Below are positions 27,501 to 33,800 of a DNA stretch of 64,000 nucleotides, piece after piece. Position 1 is the stretch's first letter; each line of letters starts with the position of its first letter. The stretch is from Candidatus Latescibacterota bacterium. GTDB taxonomy: Bacteria; Latescibacterota; UBA2968. Made by a program: the position numbers and the translations under genes. The DNA is taken from assembly GCA_965204375.1 (NCBI GenBank), contig OZ241986.1, positions 4,610,898-4,674,897 of the forward strand, read 5' to 3'. The notes beneath the pieces are model-generated. The model was given only the letters and a program-made list of their open reading frames with translations. It searched no databases and had not been told where the DNA came from.

Positions 27501-28579
27501 CGCCTGTGGGTGCCGCGCAACCCGTTTCTCTGTCGGTCGTGGATCTCATAGGCGAGGAAGAAGAATTCGCTCCGCGCCAGACGCGGCTCCTGCCCCTCTC
27601 GGGAAAATCCGATGAAGCGCTCCGAGATCTGACAGGACGCTATCTATCGTGGCTCGACGCGCTCGCATCCGAAGATGAGGCGACACTTGCCGACATGGCG
27701 TGGACAGCGGGTGTGGGGCGCAGCCATTTCGATCACCGCGTGGGCATCGTATTCCAGGATACCGAATCGCTGAGAGAGAGGTTACAGACACTCGCAGAGA
27801 TCGGTGAAAGACCTGAGCCACGTATGGCGACAAAGATCGCCTTCGCGTACACAGGACAGGACAGCCAGTGGATCGGCATGGGGAAAGACCTCTACGAAAG
27901 CGAGCCGGTAGTCCGCGCAGTTCTGGACCGTTGCGACGAAGTCCTTCGGGAAGAGCGGGACACCTCCTTGCTGGACGCGATGTTCGATCAGAACGGTGAT
28001 CTATCTGACCTGCCTGCCATCTATGCACTGGAATCCGCACTTACAGCACTGTGGTCAAGCGTGGGGATTCAGCCCAGCGTGGTGGTCGGACACGGTATAG
28101 GGGAAATTGCAGCGGCACAGGCAGCGGGCGTCTTTAGCCTGGAGGATGGCTTGCGGGTTGCAGCGGCACGGGACACGGACAGTCTGGAAGCCACCCTCAC
28201 AGACGTCACAATTGCATCGCCATCTTTGACCCTGGTGAGCAGTGTAACAGGAGAGATCGAGAGCCTTGACGCAGCATACTGGCATCGGCAAGCGCAGGCA
28301 CCAGTGGCATTCGACAAATGCGCGAAGAATCTGGCCGATCTGGGGATTGATGTACTCATCGAGATTGGCCCGAACGCAGTGCTGGATCCGATAGAGGGCG
28401 ACGCGAATCCACCCGTTGTGTTATCGAGTATAGGAGACAACGGTTTTGTAGAAGCAGTAGCAAAGGCTTATGAAGCGGGACTTTCGGTATCATTTCCCGG
28501 GCTATTTGCGGGAGAAACGCGCCGCCGCATCTCGCTGCCGAGCTATCCATTCCAGCACCAGCACTACTGGATTCAATAG
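18521..28579 (+). CDS. Type I polyketide synthase, KS-AT-DH-cMT-(structural KR)-ER-KR-ACP-KS-AT(degenerate)
   Basis: The ATG at 18521 is preceded by GGAGG (18510-18514); the track starts at GTG 18500. All domain signature motifs can be read in the translation; see the domain features below. Confidence 0.95.
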   Translation: MKPDKSDQPIAIVGMACRFPNAPNISAFWRLLEAGQNAVTEGSPGSGVGRVGTLFPDAEVQNDACRFGAFVDDIDLFDATFFRISPVEAQLLDPQQRMMLETSWQALEDAGIDPDRLKGSRTGVYAGISNNDYRGVILGSSRTAEPSASLFSVAGTSLNTAIGRVAFALGLGGPAMAVDTACSSSLVATNQAVAELQQGKADLALAGGVQAILSGRLTELRGNAGMLSPDGQCKAFDASANGFVRGEGCGIVVLKRLSEAEADGDHIWGVIRSTAVNQDGASTGLTVPNGPAQERVIEEALSRAGILPSEVDYVEAHGTGTEVGDPIEINATAAVYGRGRDADNPILVGSVKTNIGHLEPTAGVAGLIKTVLSMKQGVIPKHLHFENPNPNMDWDRLPLRVTSEAMDWPLNAERPPIAGVNSFGWSGTNAHVIVEGYGTPKSSDEEYLPVGSARPVAISLPKSVLPPEEEIGARRTRLLPLSGKSDEALRDLAGQYLKRGFASEDEARLADMAWTAGVGRSHFPHRAGIVFSDGASLRESLSALAEISTRPAPQTPSKIAFVYTGQGSQWIGMGENLYHTEPVVRAVLDQCDAVLREARGTSLLDVMFGRAGDLSDQAWTQPAIFAIECTLTALWKSVGITPSVVLGHSLGELAAAQAAGVFSIEEGVRFAAARGELTATLPGGGAMAAIFADVSQVESALNELNAASTGVGLSMAAYNGAHQVVSGPEEKVEAISEHFLAQDIRVSRLRTTHAFHSALVEPMLDKLDAIVSEIAVASPSLTLVSNVTGQVLETGKRQDSAYWRQHTRKPVAFAPSIETLAGLGVDLVIEVGPHAVLSTMTTLSWPDTAEGPPVALPSLLRPSSKVSQAEADRAFTAAVAKAYEAGLSVSFAGLFAGETRRRISLPSYPFQRERYWVEAPKRRRQIAGHPLLGERHESASGEIAFETEVLPSDPTWLNDHRVFGRVIAPGALYGAMAISASMAEESGSMVIEEMQLHNALIFPEESADNDEGGGREMQVLLEAPGEEPSRLVRIFSKGEAEEDWTLHAECRAPSDTNAQQASEQVNLESLKAGLSPEDVPAFYRAKAGVGIDLGPSFRTLRMVWSRAGEALGEVCFPEALGGNDLDVHPLLLDGCFQVMGAARNPGGAEDGITYLPFGWERLWLPDRLPDRFLCHMRMREASKNREPDAETGGSPEVFVGDFLLYDQSGVLIGELSGFMVKRATRAALLSAVEGVQELLYEVMWRESTLAPGLLPADFLPSPGEVADRWELFSDYLAAEGVDAGLRPAWLADLSCMARHFALSALEKLGWERKAGTAVDSEDLRQRLGVLDEHSRLFRRMLEILARAGVLEAAGEGFVVAVGAGEPLPEGIPGNPEQFAAQVNERYSYASSEIGIFRRSAGALAEVLRGEEDPLSLLFGSGEPSAADLYFKAPIYRASNRMLGDAVRTLVAGLPEGRRLRVIEVGAGTGSATESVLPELPEGRYDYMYTDISAGFFAQAEGLFGDECIEYRVLDIEKDPVEQGFDPHGYDLLIASNVLHATRYLEETLTHCRSLLAPSGHLVALENLCGQDWLDMTFGQLDGWWRFSDDCRPTYALAGPDVWRQSLGSVGFEGVEILGLGGPDAAEMPDRGVILAQLPEEVAEQRGVWVLAADRGGAAAELALELAARNQTVVLASDAGSTGEGPADEKTAVIHTSLEMEHRESWQSLLEDLPGHAALSGVVHFAALDGHGPDTTTAEMAENVKRVGASALALAQGLADADVTPEKGLWFLTRGAQVLERERAGELVGATLWGFGKVLAREASHMQPKMIDLDPEPTAPPVDLANELLYPDTEDQIVHRGSRRRVARLVRTGEGTDRINLPEEPGWMLGVGEDGAIADLQVAPTPLESKEVRVAVEAAGLNFWDVFAALGLIDEKFLGTEFCGHIIEVGSEVASVAVDDRVVGLAFGTFGPEVVTRAELLAPAPPDLSATALASMPTVFVSVALSYELAGLKAGDRVLIHAGAGGVGLAAIQWAQAAGAEVFATASAPKQAYLRSLGVKHVFDSRQTKFGEEILKATGGAGVDVVLNSLTAEGFIDASLACLAHGGRFVELAARDILSEEEMAAVRPDVAYYIVNLHAMKGDDPARPGALLRDVMKRLAAGELTPLIHTRWPLAEARRAIEFMRDGRHIGKIAFANSPLTSGRLREDRTYLVTGGLGGIGCVMADYLADRGAGAIALNGRRAPNPEAEETIRRLRERGVTVQVEIADVTDADAIDEMLARMDETLPPLGGVIHSVGVLSDGALGNQSWERFEQVLWPKVLGAWHLHRATEDRDLDMFVLFSSVAGVLGNPGQSNHAAANAFLDQLAAHRRALGLPGQTIAWGAWSELGEAEEQRERIAERLEARGTDWITPQQGLRAFDQLVREDAATSVVLAADWSSYEEGLEYRMPLLEDLLSTISEDEADSPALADDLMSHLAETPAAEREALLVSFLQQELQAVLRLPTAPEPTVGFFDLGMDSLMAVELRNRLNRAFADEYVVPNTVVFDYPDIARLANHLIEELGEVSTVPAPPPQVQPEPEPQTEVQREDNGIAIVGMACRFPGAPDLSTFWQQLEAGADAVTDGRRDSGSWNALAKDLPPEYAAYRRGGFVEEIDRFDARFFRISPIEARMMDPRQRMMLETTWQALEDAGIDPDKLRGSRTGLYAGIATSEYRDLMTASDYGISYLSTAASMTVGRIAFLLGLEGPTIPVELNCASSLVAVHQAVMGLREGEVDMALVGGTHAVLSPELTKEMAELGILSREGQCKTFDASADGFVRGEGCGMVVLKRLNEAEADGDRIWGVIRGSAVNQNGASAGPTVPNGPAQERVIEEALSRAGVAPSEVDYLEAHGGASELGDPIEVQAAAAVYGKNREADRPLLIGSVKTNIGHLEPAAGVAALIKAVLAMKRGVIPKNLNFKNPSPHIDWDRLPVQVVSAPTDWPRHPDRPPRAGVSAFGISGTNAHAVVEGYDSPDATPVGAAQPVSLSVVDLIGEEEEFAPRQTRLLPLSGKSDEALRDLTGRYLSWLDALASEDEATLADMAWTAGVGRSHFDHRVGIVFQDTESLRERLQTLAEIGERPEPRMATKIAFAYTGQDSQWIGMGKDLYESEPVVRAVLDRCDEVLREERDTSLLDAMFDQNGDLSDLPAIYALESALTALWSSVGIQPSVVVGHGIGEIAAAQAAGVFSLEDGLRVAAARDTDSLEATLTDVTIASPSLTLVSSVTGEIESLDAAYWHRQAQAPVAFDKCAKNLADLGIDVLIEIGPNAVLDPIEGDANPPVVLSSIGDNGFVEAVAKAYEAGLSVSFPGLFAGETRRRISLPSYPFQHQHYWIQ
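18545..19830 (+). other. PKS domain KS1 (ketosynthase)
   Basis: IAIVGMACRFP; active-site DTACSSSL (Cys codon 19064-19066); EAHGTGTEVGDPIE; KTNIGHLEPTAG; GTNAHVIVEGY. Confidence 0.9.
20195..21035 (+). other. PKS domain AT1 (acyltransferase, malonyl-type motifs)
   Basis: FVYTGQGSQWIGMG; GHSLGE (Ser codon 20465-20467); HAFHS (20777-20791), which is generally associated with malonyl-CoA selectivity. Confidence 0.9.
21305..22200 (+). other. PKS domain DH (dehydratase)
   Basis: HPLLGE; HxxxGxxxxP read as HRVFGRVIAP (His codon 21398-21400); a later LLDGCFQ (DxxxQ). Boundaries are approximate. Confidence 0.8.
22670..23370 (+). other. PKS domain cMT (SAM-dependent C-methyltransferase)
   Basis: Motif I VIEVGAGTGS (22901-22930); YDLLIASNVLHAT downstream. 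Boundaries are approximate. Confidence 0.8.
24130..25045 (+). other. PKS domain ER (enoylreductase, MDR type)
   Basis: VRVAVEAAGLNFWD; NADPH-binding LIHAGAGGVGLAAIQ (from 24518). Boundaries are approximate. Confidence 0.85.
25088..25640 (+). other. PKS domain KR (ketoreductase), with His at the position of the catalytic Tyr
   Basis: Rossmann motif YLVTGGLGGIG (from 25088). FSSVAGVLGNPGQSNHAAANAFLD occurs where typical KRs read ..GQ.NYAAAN. (CAC codon at 25523-25525). Confidence 0.8.
25900..26135 (+). other. PKS domain ACP1
   Basis: GFFDLGMDSLMAVELRNRL (Ser codon 26012-26014), followed by a Pro/Glu-rich linker PAPPPQVQPEPEPQ. Confidence 0.9.
26228..27485 (+). other. PKS domain KS2 (second ketosynthase, catalytic C-H-H retained, divergent active-site context)
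   Basis: IAIVGMACRFP; VELNCASSL (Cys codon 26717-26719) instead of DTACSSS; EAHGGASELGDPIE; KTNIGHLEPAAG; GTNAHAVVEGY. Confidence 0.85.
27836..28385 (+). other. PKS domain AT2, degenerate (AT0): nucleophile Ser replaced and about 90 residues deleted
   Basis: FAYTGQDSQ instead of GQGSQ. GHGIGE instead of GHSLGE (Gly codon 28094-28096). The segment holding the small subdomain and the HAFH motif is missing when aligned by eye to AT1. Confidence 0.8.
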
Positions 28580-28601
28580 CCAAAACGACCACAAAAAAAA
28601 T

Positions 28602-28630
28602 TTGACTTTACGCATGCCGATCACTATCTT
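28602..28630 (+). promoter_or_regulatory. Sigma70-like promoter candidate for the discrete ACP gene (TTGACT, 17-nt spacer, TATCTT)
   Basis: Hexamers read directly in the 92-nt gap between the PKS stop and the ACP start. Confidence 0.3.
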
Positions 28631-28671
28631 TTCGGTTCAAACTATCTTACTCTTACGAAAGGAGCGTAACA

Positions 28672-28911
28672 ATGGCTTCAACCGAAGAACGTATCAGAAA
28701 CCTCATCGCGGAAAATCTGGAAGTCGATGGGCAGCCAATTGCGTTACCCGATGATCTGAGCATCAGCCTTCTGGAGGCCGGAATTTCCTCCGTAGATCTC
28801 GTCGCGTTCGCGAAAATAGTCGAACAAGAATTTGACGTTAAATTGACTCTTGAAGATTGTACTAATCTCAACAGCGTACGGGAACTGGTCGCGCGGCTGG
28901 ACGCAGCCTGA
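28672..28911 (+). CDS. Discrete acyl carrier protein
   Basis: 79 aa. LEAGISSVDLVAFAKIVEQEF aligns by eye with the LGADSLDTVELVMALEEEF region of bacterial ACPs (candidate phosphopantetheine Ser codon 28789-28791). AAGGAG lies upstream of the ATG. Confidence 0.8.
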   Translation: MASTEERIRNLIAENLEVDGQPIALPDDLSISLLEAGISSVDLVAFAKIVEQEFDVKLTLEDCTNLNSVRELVARLDAA

Positions 28912-28953
28912 GGCTGAAATCCTCTCCAGCCGGAGAACGTACGCTTCTTACAG

Positions 28954-28985
28954 AACAGGCCCCGGATGGAAATTCGGGGCCTGTT
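28954..28985 (+). terminator. Terminator-like hairpin after the ACP gene
   Basis: A perfect 11-bp stem pairs aacaggccccg (28954-28964) with cggggcctgtt (28975-28985), with a 10-nt loop. Only a weak T tract follows (ggtttat). Confidence 0.5.
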
Positions 28986-29023
28986 GGTTTATGGGAATTC
29001 GATGAAGGTTCCGCTTATTCAAC

Positions 29024-29063
29024 CCTTCACACTTCACAGTACGGGCGAAAGATTTTCGCCCCT
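29024..29063. repeat. Composite intergenic element: two CTTCAC heptads plus a GGGCGAAA/TTTCGCCC hairpin
   Basis: Read directly: ccttcac acttcac agt ac GGGCGAAA gat TTTCGCCC ct. It is near-identical to 35747-35779. Confidence 0.85.
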
Positions 29064-29073
29064 TCTCTTCACA

Positions 29074-30807
29074 ATGAATACCAATAACCCCAGCGGTGAC
29101 ACAGGCATCCGCTACCAGCCCGACGAAAGGCCTCCGGCGACACTCGCCCTCGGCCTTGGCTTGCAACTCGCGGTTCTCAGCATAGCCGCCATCATATTGG
29201 TCCCCACAGTCGTGATGCGCGCCGCCGGTACGACGGAAGCTTATCTGTCATGGGCCGTGTCTGCCACGGTCGTGGTCGGCGGGGTGGCCACAATTCTGCA
29301 ATCGATCCGCATCGGCCGGATCGGCATGGGCTACCTTCTCATTATGGGTCCGTCCGGAGCCTTCATCGCGGTCTGCATCACGGCGACCACCGAAGGCGGT
29401 CCGGCAATGCTCGCCACCCTGGTCGTCATCTCATCCTTCGTCCCGCTTGTGCTTTCCCATCGGCTTTCGCTATTCCAGCGACTCTTGACGCCGACTGTGG
29501 CGGGAACAGTAATCATGCTGATACCGATTACGATAATGCCGCCCATCTTCAATCTGCTATCGGTGCCCGGCGCACCAGCACTCGCTGCGCCGCTGAGTGC
29601 GCTTGCAACAATCATCATTATCAGCGGCATCGCGCTAAAGGCGGCCGGGGTGTTGCGCCTCTGGGCACCGGTTATCGGTGTTGCCGCTGGCTCGATAATT
29701 GGCGGCTTTTTCGGTCTATACGAGGTGGATCGCATTGCCGAGGCTTCGTGGATCGGCCTGCCGCCGAACGAATGGCCGGGCTTCGACCTCGACTTCGGGC
29801 CAACTTTCTGGGCACTTCTTCCCGCATTCTTACTCGTAGCCATAATCAGTACCATCCGAACGATCAGCAGTTCCGTCGCCATCCAACGCATATCGTGGCG
29901 TCAGAGCCGGGCAGTGGATTTCCAGGCGGTGGAAGGTGCGATAACCGTGGATGGGATGAGCAACTTGATTTCCGGTCTCGCAGGGACAATACCCAACACA
30001 GCCAACACGCTGGGCGTGTCGATGGCCGAACTCACCGGGGTCGGTGCCCGCAACGTCGGGATTGCCACCGGAGCAGTGTTTATTGCTATGGCATTTCTTC
30101 CGAAAGTACTCGCCCTGATTCTGGCGATACCAGGCCCCGTCATCGCAGCTTACTTCGCCATAATGCTGGCGACGCTCTTCGTAGTCGGCATTAAAATAGT
30201 CTTTCAGGATGGAATCGACTATCGCAATGGCATGATCGTCGGCATCGCATTCCTGGTCGGGGTTGGCTTCCAGAGCGGTCTGATATTTTCCGAGCATATC
30301 TCGGAATTTGCAGGCGGTCTTTTGCGGAATGGGATGAACGCTGGCGGTTTTACAGCCATCATCTTGACGCTATTTGTGGAACTAACAGAGCCTCGCCGCA
30401 GTCGGATAGAGATGACATTCGATTTTTCCGCCCTGCCAAAAATCAGGGACTTTCTCGGCGCGTTCGCATCTCGCAACGGCTGGGACACTGCAATGGCGAA
30501 CCGCCTGGACGCCGTCGCTGAGGAGACATTGCTAACACTCATCCCACAAGATGAAGAGAACCATGACCGACGGCACTTGCGCCTTATTGCGTACAAAGAA
30601 GAAGGCGACGCGGTTCTCGAGATCGTTGTCTCATCGGGAGAGGAGAACATTCAGGATCGGATCGCGCTGCTCGGCGAACAGACGGATGAAGCACCCATCG
30701 AGCGGGAAGTTTCACTTCGGCTATTGCGACATCTCGCGTCCTCTGTTCGCCACCAGCAATATCACGACACGGATATCGTAACCGTGCGCGTGAAAGCACA
30801 CGTCTAA
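29074..30807 (+). CDS. NCS2 (xanthine/uracil-type) family permease fused to a C-terminal cytoplasmic domain resembling an RsbW/SpoIIAB-like (HATPase-type) regulatory fold
   Basis: The track ORF starts at 28966, inside the terminator hairpin. I placed the start at ATG 29074 (MNTNNPSGDTGIRYQPDERPPATLALGLGLQL). Membrane blocks GLQLAVLSIAAIILVPTVV, GMGYLLIMGPSGAFIAV and TPTVAGTVIMLIPI resemble NCS2 signatures. The last ~135 aa (IEMTFDFSALPKIRDFLGAFASRNGWD...AVAEETLLTLI...LEIVVSSGEEN) are soluble. Confidence 0.7.
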   Translation: MNTNNPSGDTGIRYQPDERPPATLALGLGLQLAVLSIAAIILVPTVVMRAAGTTEAYLSWAVSATVVVGGVATILQSIRIGRIGMGYLLIMGPSGAFIAVCITATTEGGPAMLATLVVISSFVPLVLSHRLSLFQRLLTPTVAGTVIMLIPITIMPPIFNLLSVPGAPALAAPLSALATIIIISGIALKAAGVLRLWAPVIGVAAGSIIGGFFGLYEVDRIAEASWIGLPPNEWPGFDLDFGPTFWALLPAFLLVAIISTIRTISSSVAIQRISWRQSRAVDFQAVEGAITVDGMSNLISGLAGTIPNTANTLGVSMAELTGVGARNVGIATGAVFIAMAFLPKVLALILAIPGPVIAAYFAIMLATLFVVGIKIVFQDGIDYRNGMIVGIAFLVGVGFQSGLIFSEHISEFAGGLLRNGMNAGGFTAIILTLFVELTEPRRSRIEMTFDFSALPKIRDFLGAFASRNGWDTAMANRLDAVAEETLLTLIPQDEENHDRRHLRLIAYKEEGDAVLEIVVSSGEENIQDRIALLGEQTDEAPIEREVSLRLLRHLASSVRHQQYHDTDIVTVRVKAHV

Positions 30808-30824
30808 ACCCAAAGAGGAATACT

Positions 30825-33800
30825 ATGCGTATCGCGACGATATTTTTCAGTTTAATAGTCGCAGCATTTGAAATACACGCCAGCGAGATGGACCTCCCGC
30901 CCCGCGGAGAAGGATCCATAGCGTTTGAGATCGATGTGTGCAGTTTTCGATATCGGGGTCGCGAGGGATTCGAAGAGGTGACCCTGAGGTTCCCCGTAGC
31001 GCAATTTGCATTTTTGCGTCAAAACTCGGGGATTTATCTCGCGCGGTACAAGCCCTCGCTGCGGGTCCTGAACGATGACGGAGAAGTTGTGCAACAGGTG
31101 GAGGCAGAAAGCAGACTGACAGCCGAATCGCTGGAAGCCACCGTCGATACAGACCGCATGGTATATGACATGGTCCAGGTGCGCCTGCCTACAGGTCGCT
31201 ATCGCGGGGAACTGACCCTCAGCGACTTGCAGGCCGACCGGGCGGGATTGGCGGTATTTTCTCTCGATGTGCCCGCTTACGATCCCGGGAAAATAGGCAT
31301 GAGCGATCTGTACCTGTCTTCCGGATTCAATCCACAGGGTGCTGGAGAGAGCCTTGAGATGTTTCGAAAAAACGGGCGCTTGATCCTGCCCAACCCGGCG
31401 CGACAATATCGGCGAGGGACACCGCTCTACCTGTATTTTGAGGTGTATTATCTGGGCTATCAGAGCCACAGGGTTGAGATGCAGATAGAAGACCGATACG
31501 GACATCGCCTCTGGCGCGACCAGCGGTCATTTCCCGGGTATCGGGGTGAAGTCAAATTCGCCGAGGGTATTCCCACTCGTGAACTGCTGCCGGGAACATA
31601 CACGTTGCGGGTTCAGGTCACGACCGGGAGGGATACACTCGTATCGGCCCGAAAATTTGAAATAATGGGCGACGCGCTTGTTCCGGCTACTGGCTCTGAC
31701 GACCAGCGCGCAAAAACAGCACAACACTTATTAAAACGATTCGGTGGACCCAAGGCCGAAGCCATATATACTGGCCTGGGACGCGCAGACCGCGCGGCAT
31801 TTCTCTACGGATTCTGGATGGATCGCAATCCAATCGTGGCGCGGTCGTATTACAACCCACTCCTCGGTTTTGGTGCGCCTCCCAACCTGAACGGGGCGAT
31901 AATCACGGCCATGGGCAGGCGCAAAGAAATGGCAAAGCATCTCGACCCTCGCTATGCGGCTCGCCAAGTGCCGCCAGATACGGCACAGGCAAGAGATGCC
32001 CTATGGGTGCTCGAGGTGCTTCTCGATGAAGATGGGAACGATTTGATGGGACAGGCCGCCCGGGGGTATGCCTATTTGTTTGCGAGCAACTTACCCTATG
32101 CGGAACGGACATTTAACTCCGCATTGAACGCAGGTGGGGTATTGCCCGAAGTGTACAACGGTGTGGGGATCTCACACATGGGACGCAAGCGGTGGGACAA
32201 AGCCGTGACGGCTTATGGTCAGGCACTCGCCCTTCGCCCCGACTGGAAAACCGCGCAAGTCAACCGCGCGCTGGCTCGCTTACTCGGGGGCAAACAGCGG
32301 GCAGAAGACGCCTTGAAAGAGGCCATCGAAGCCTATCCGCATCACCCTGAGTTGCTGTATTTGCTCGGGCGGGTATTTGAACGCGAAGGCAAGATCGAAG
32401 CTGCCGAGAAAGCCTATACCCGACAAATTGTGGTAAACCCAATGCACGCGCGTGCGCGATTCGACCTGGGGCGAATATGGTTGAAGCAGGGACAACGCGC
32501 AAGGGCGACTCACGTGTGGCGCGAACTGATGGAAACGCGGCCCGAACTGCGCGAGGAATGCCTTCCCCTGCTCCTGGGTGTGTATCAACTGATGGGACAA
32601 ACAGGAGAAGCGCAAAAGGTGATGGCCGAGTATTTGCGCACCGTAGATGACGACACGCGCGGACTACTGCAAGACATCCGCCTTATTGCGACCCTGAAAG
32701 AAACCGCTACTTACGAGGCATTGCCGCCCGAGCAGCAGCCGGACTTTGTGCGGATGTTCTGGCAGCGCCGCGACCCCACGCCAGCCACGCCGGGCAACGA
32801 GCGGCTGGTAGAGCACTATCGGCGGGTACTCTATGCGATGCAGCATTTTTCAACCGGGCGCAAGCCGTGGGACAGGCGCGGGGAAATTTATATTCGCTAT
32901 GGAGAACCCGCGCACAAAAGCCGTTCGGGCAATGTGCGCTATGAGACGGATCCCGATGTCGTGCGGGTCAAGGAGCGGCTGTGGTTGGGCATTCCAGTAG
33001 ATGGTCGCAAGGAGATAATCGCGCGGATGGGCAGGTTGCGGACATCCCTGCAAGATGTGGCGATCCAGGATGAATACGGACTTGAGGTCACTGTAAACGA
33101 TTTTGAGGCAATAGACTTTGAATTGAACCCCAACCGCTCCCGTTTTGGTGCCACATCTTATAATCAGGTAAGTACTGACCGCTACCAGCCCACAGTGGAA
33201 CTCAGCGGCTATGATCGGGGTGCGAGCGATAAGACGGTGCGGGGCTATCCGCTCTATCCCATCGACAGCGGTACGCGCTGGGAATACTGGATTTATCCGG
33301 ATGTCGCCGGAGGAATTGAAGTGGTATTCACGGCTTTAGATCGAAAAGGGAACTACATCTATCCCGATATCCCGCAGGGCCGCAGCGAATCGCACTTCAA
33401 CATGGCGCTGTGGACAGACCGACGGCCAGACCGGCAGGTGGCATCGGCTATTCAAGCGCAGGCAGACCTCATGCCGCCCTTTGAAGATGTATTGAATTTC
33501 CATTTCGACGCAGTCGATTTCCAGGGGAAAAACGAGTACAGCCGCATGGAAGTGTATTACGGCGTACCCCTGGCAAATTTGCCAGACAGCGTTCAGGCGA
33601 CCGGCATTTTGGAACGGGGCATTGCGTTATTTGACAGCACCTGGAAACCCGTCTATCGAAAAATGGCACCCCTGCCTTTCGCGGTAGATGCGACGGATTC
33701 GCTGGGAGCAGGCGATCTCGCCGTTGATCAAATCGCCCTCAATCTGCCGCCGGGCGACTATCACCTGGGGGTGGAGGTACGCAGCCTGAAAGGCAACCTG

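Noticed and set aside
18536-28592. Dozens of 60-270-aa ORFs on the minus strand and in other plus frames within the PKS gene (e.g. 21095..21904, 23299..23994, 22022..22663)
   Set aside because: They are Arg/Pro/Ala-rich shadow ORFs typical of GC-rich coding DNA. All are fully nested in a gene whose frame carries unambiguous PKS domain motifs.
28966-29073. Upstream start (ATG 28966) given for the permease in the ORF track
   Set aside because: That ATG sits in the loop of the terminator-like hairpin after the ACP gene, and the extension would translate the repeat or hairpin element. ATG 29074 gives a normal N-terminus before TM1.
29250-30194. 314-aa plus-strand ORF overlapping the permease out of frame
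   Set aside because: Its composition is extremely Arg/His/Gly-rich with no motifs. The alternative frame encodes a coherent multi-TM NCS2-like protein.
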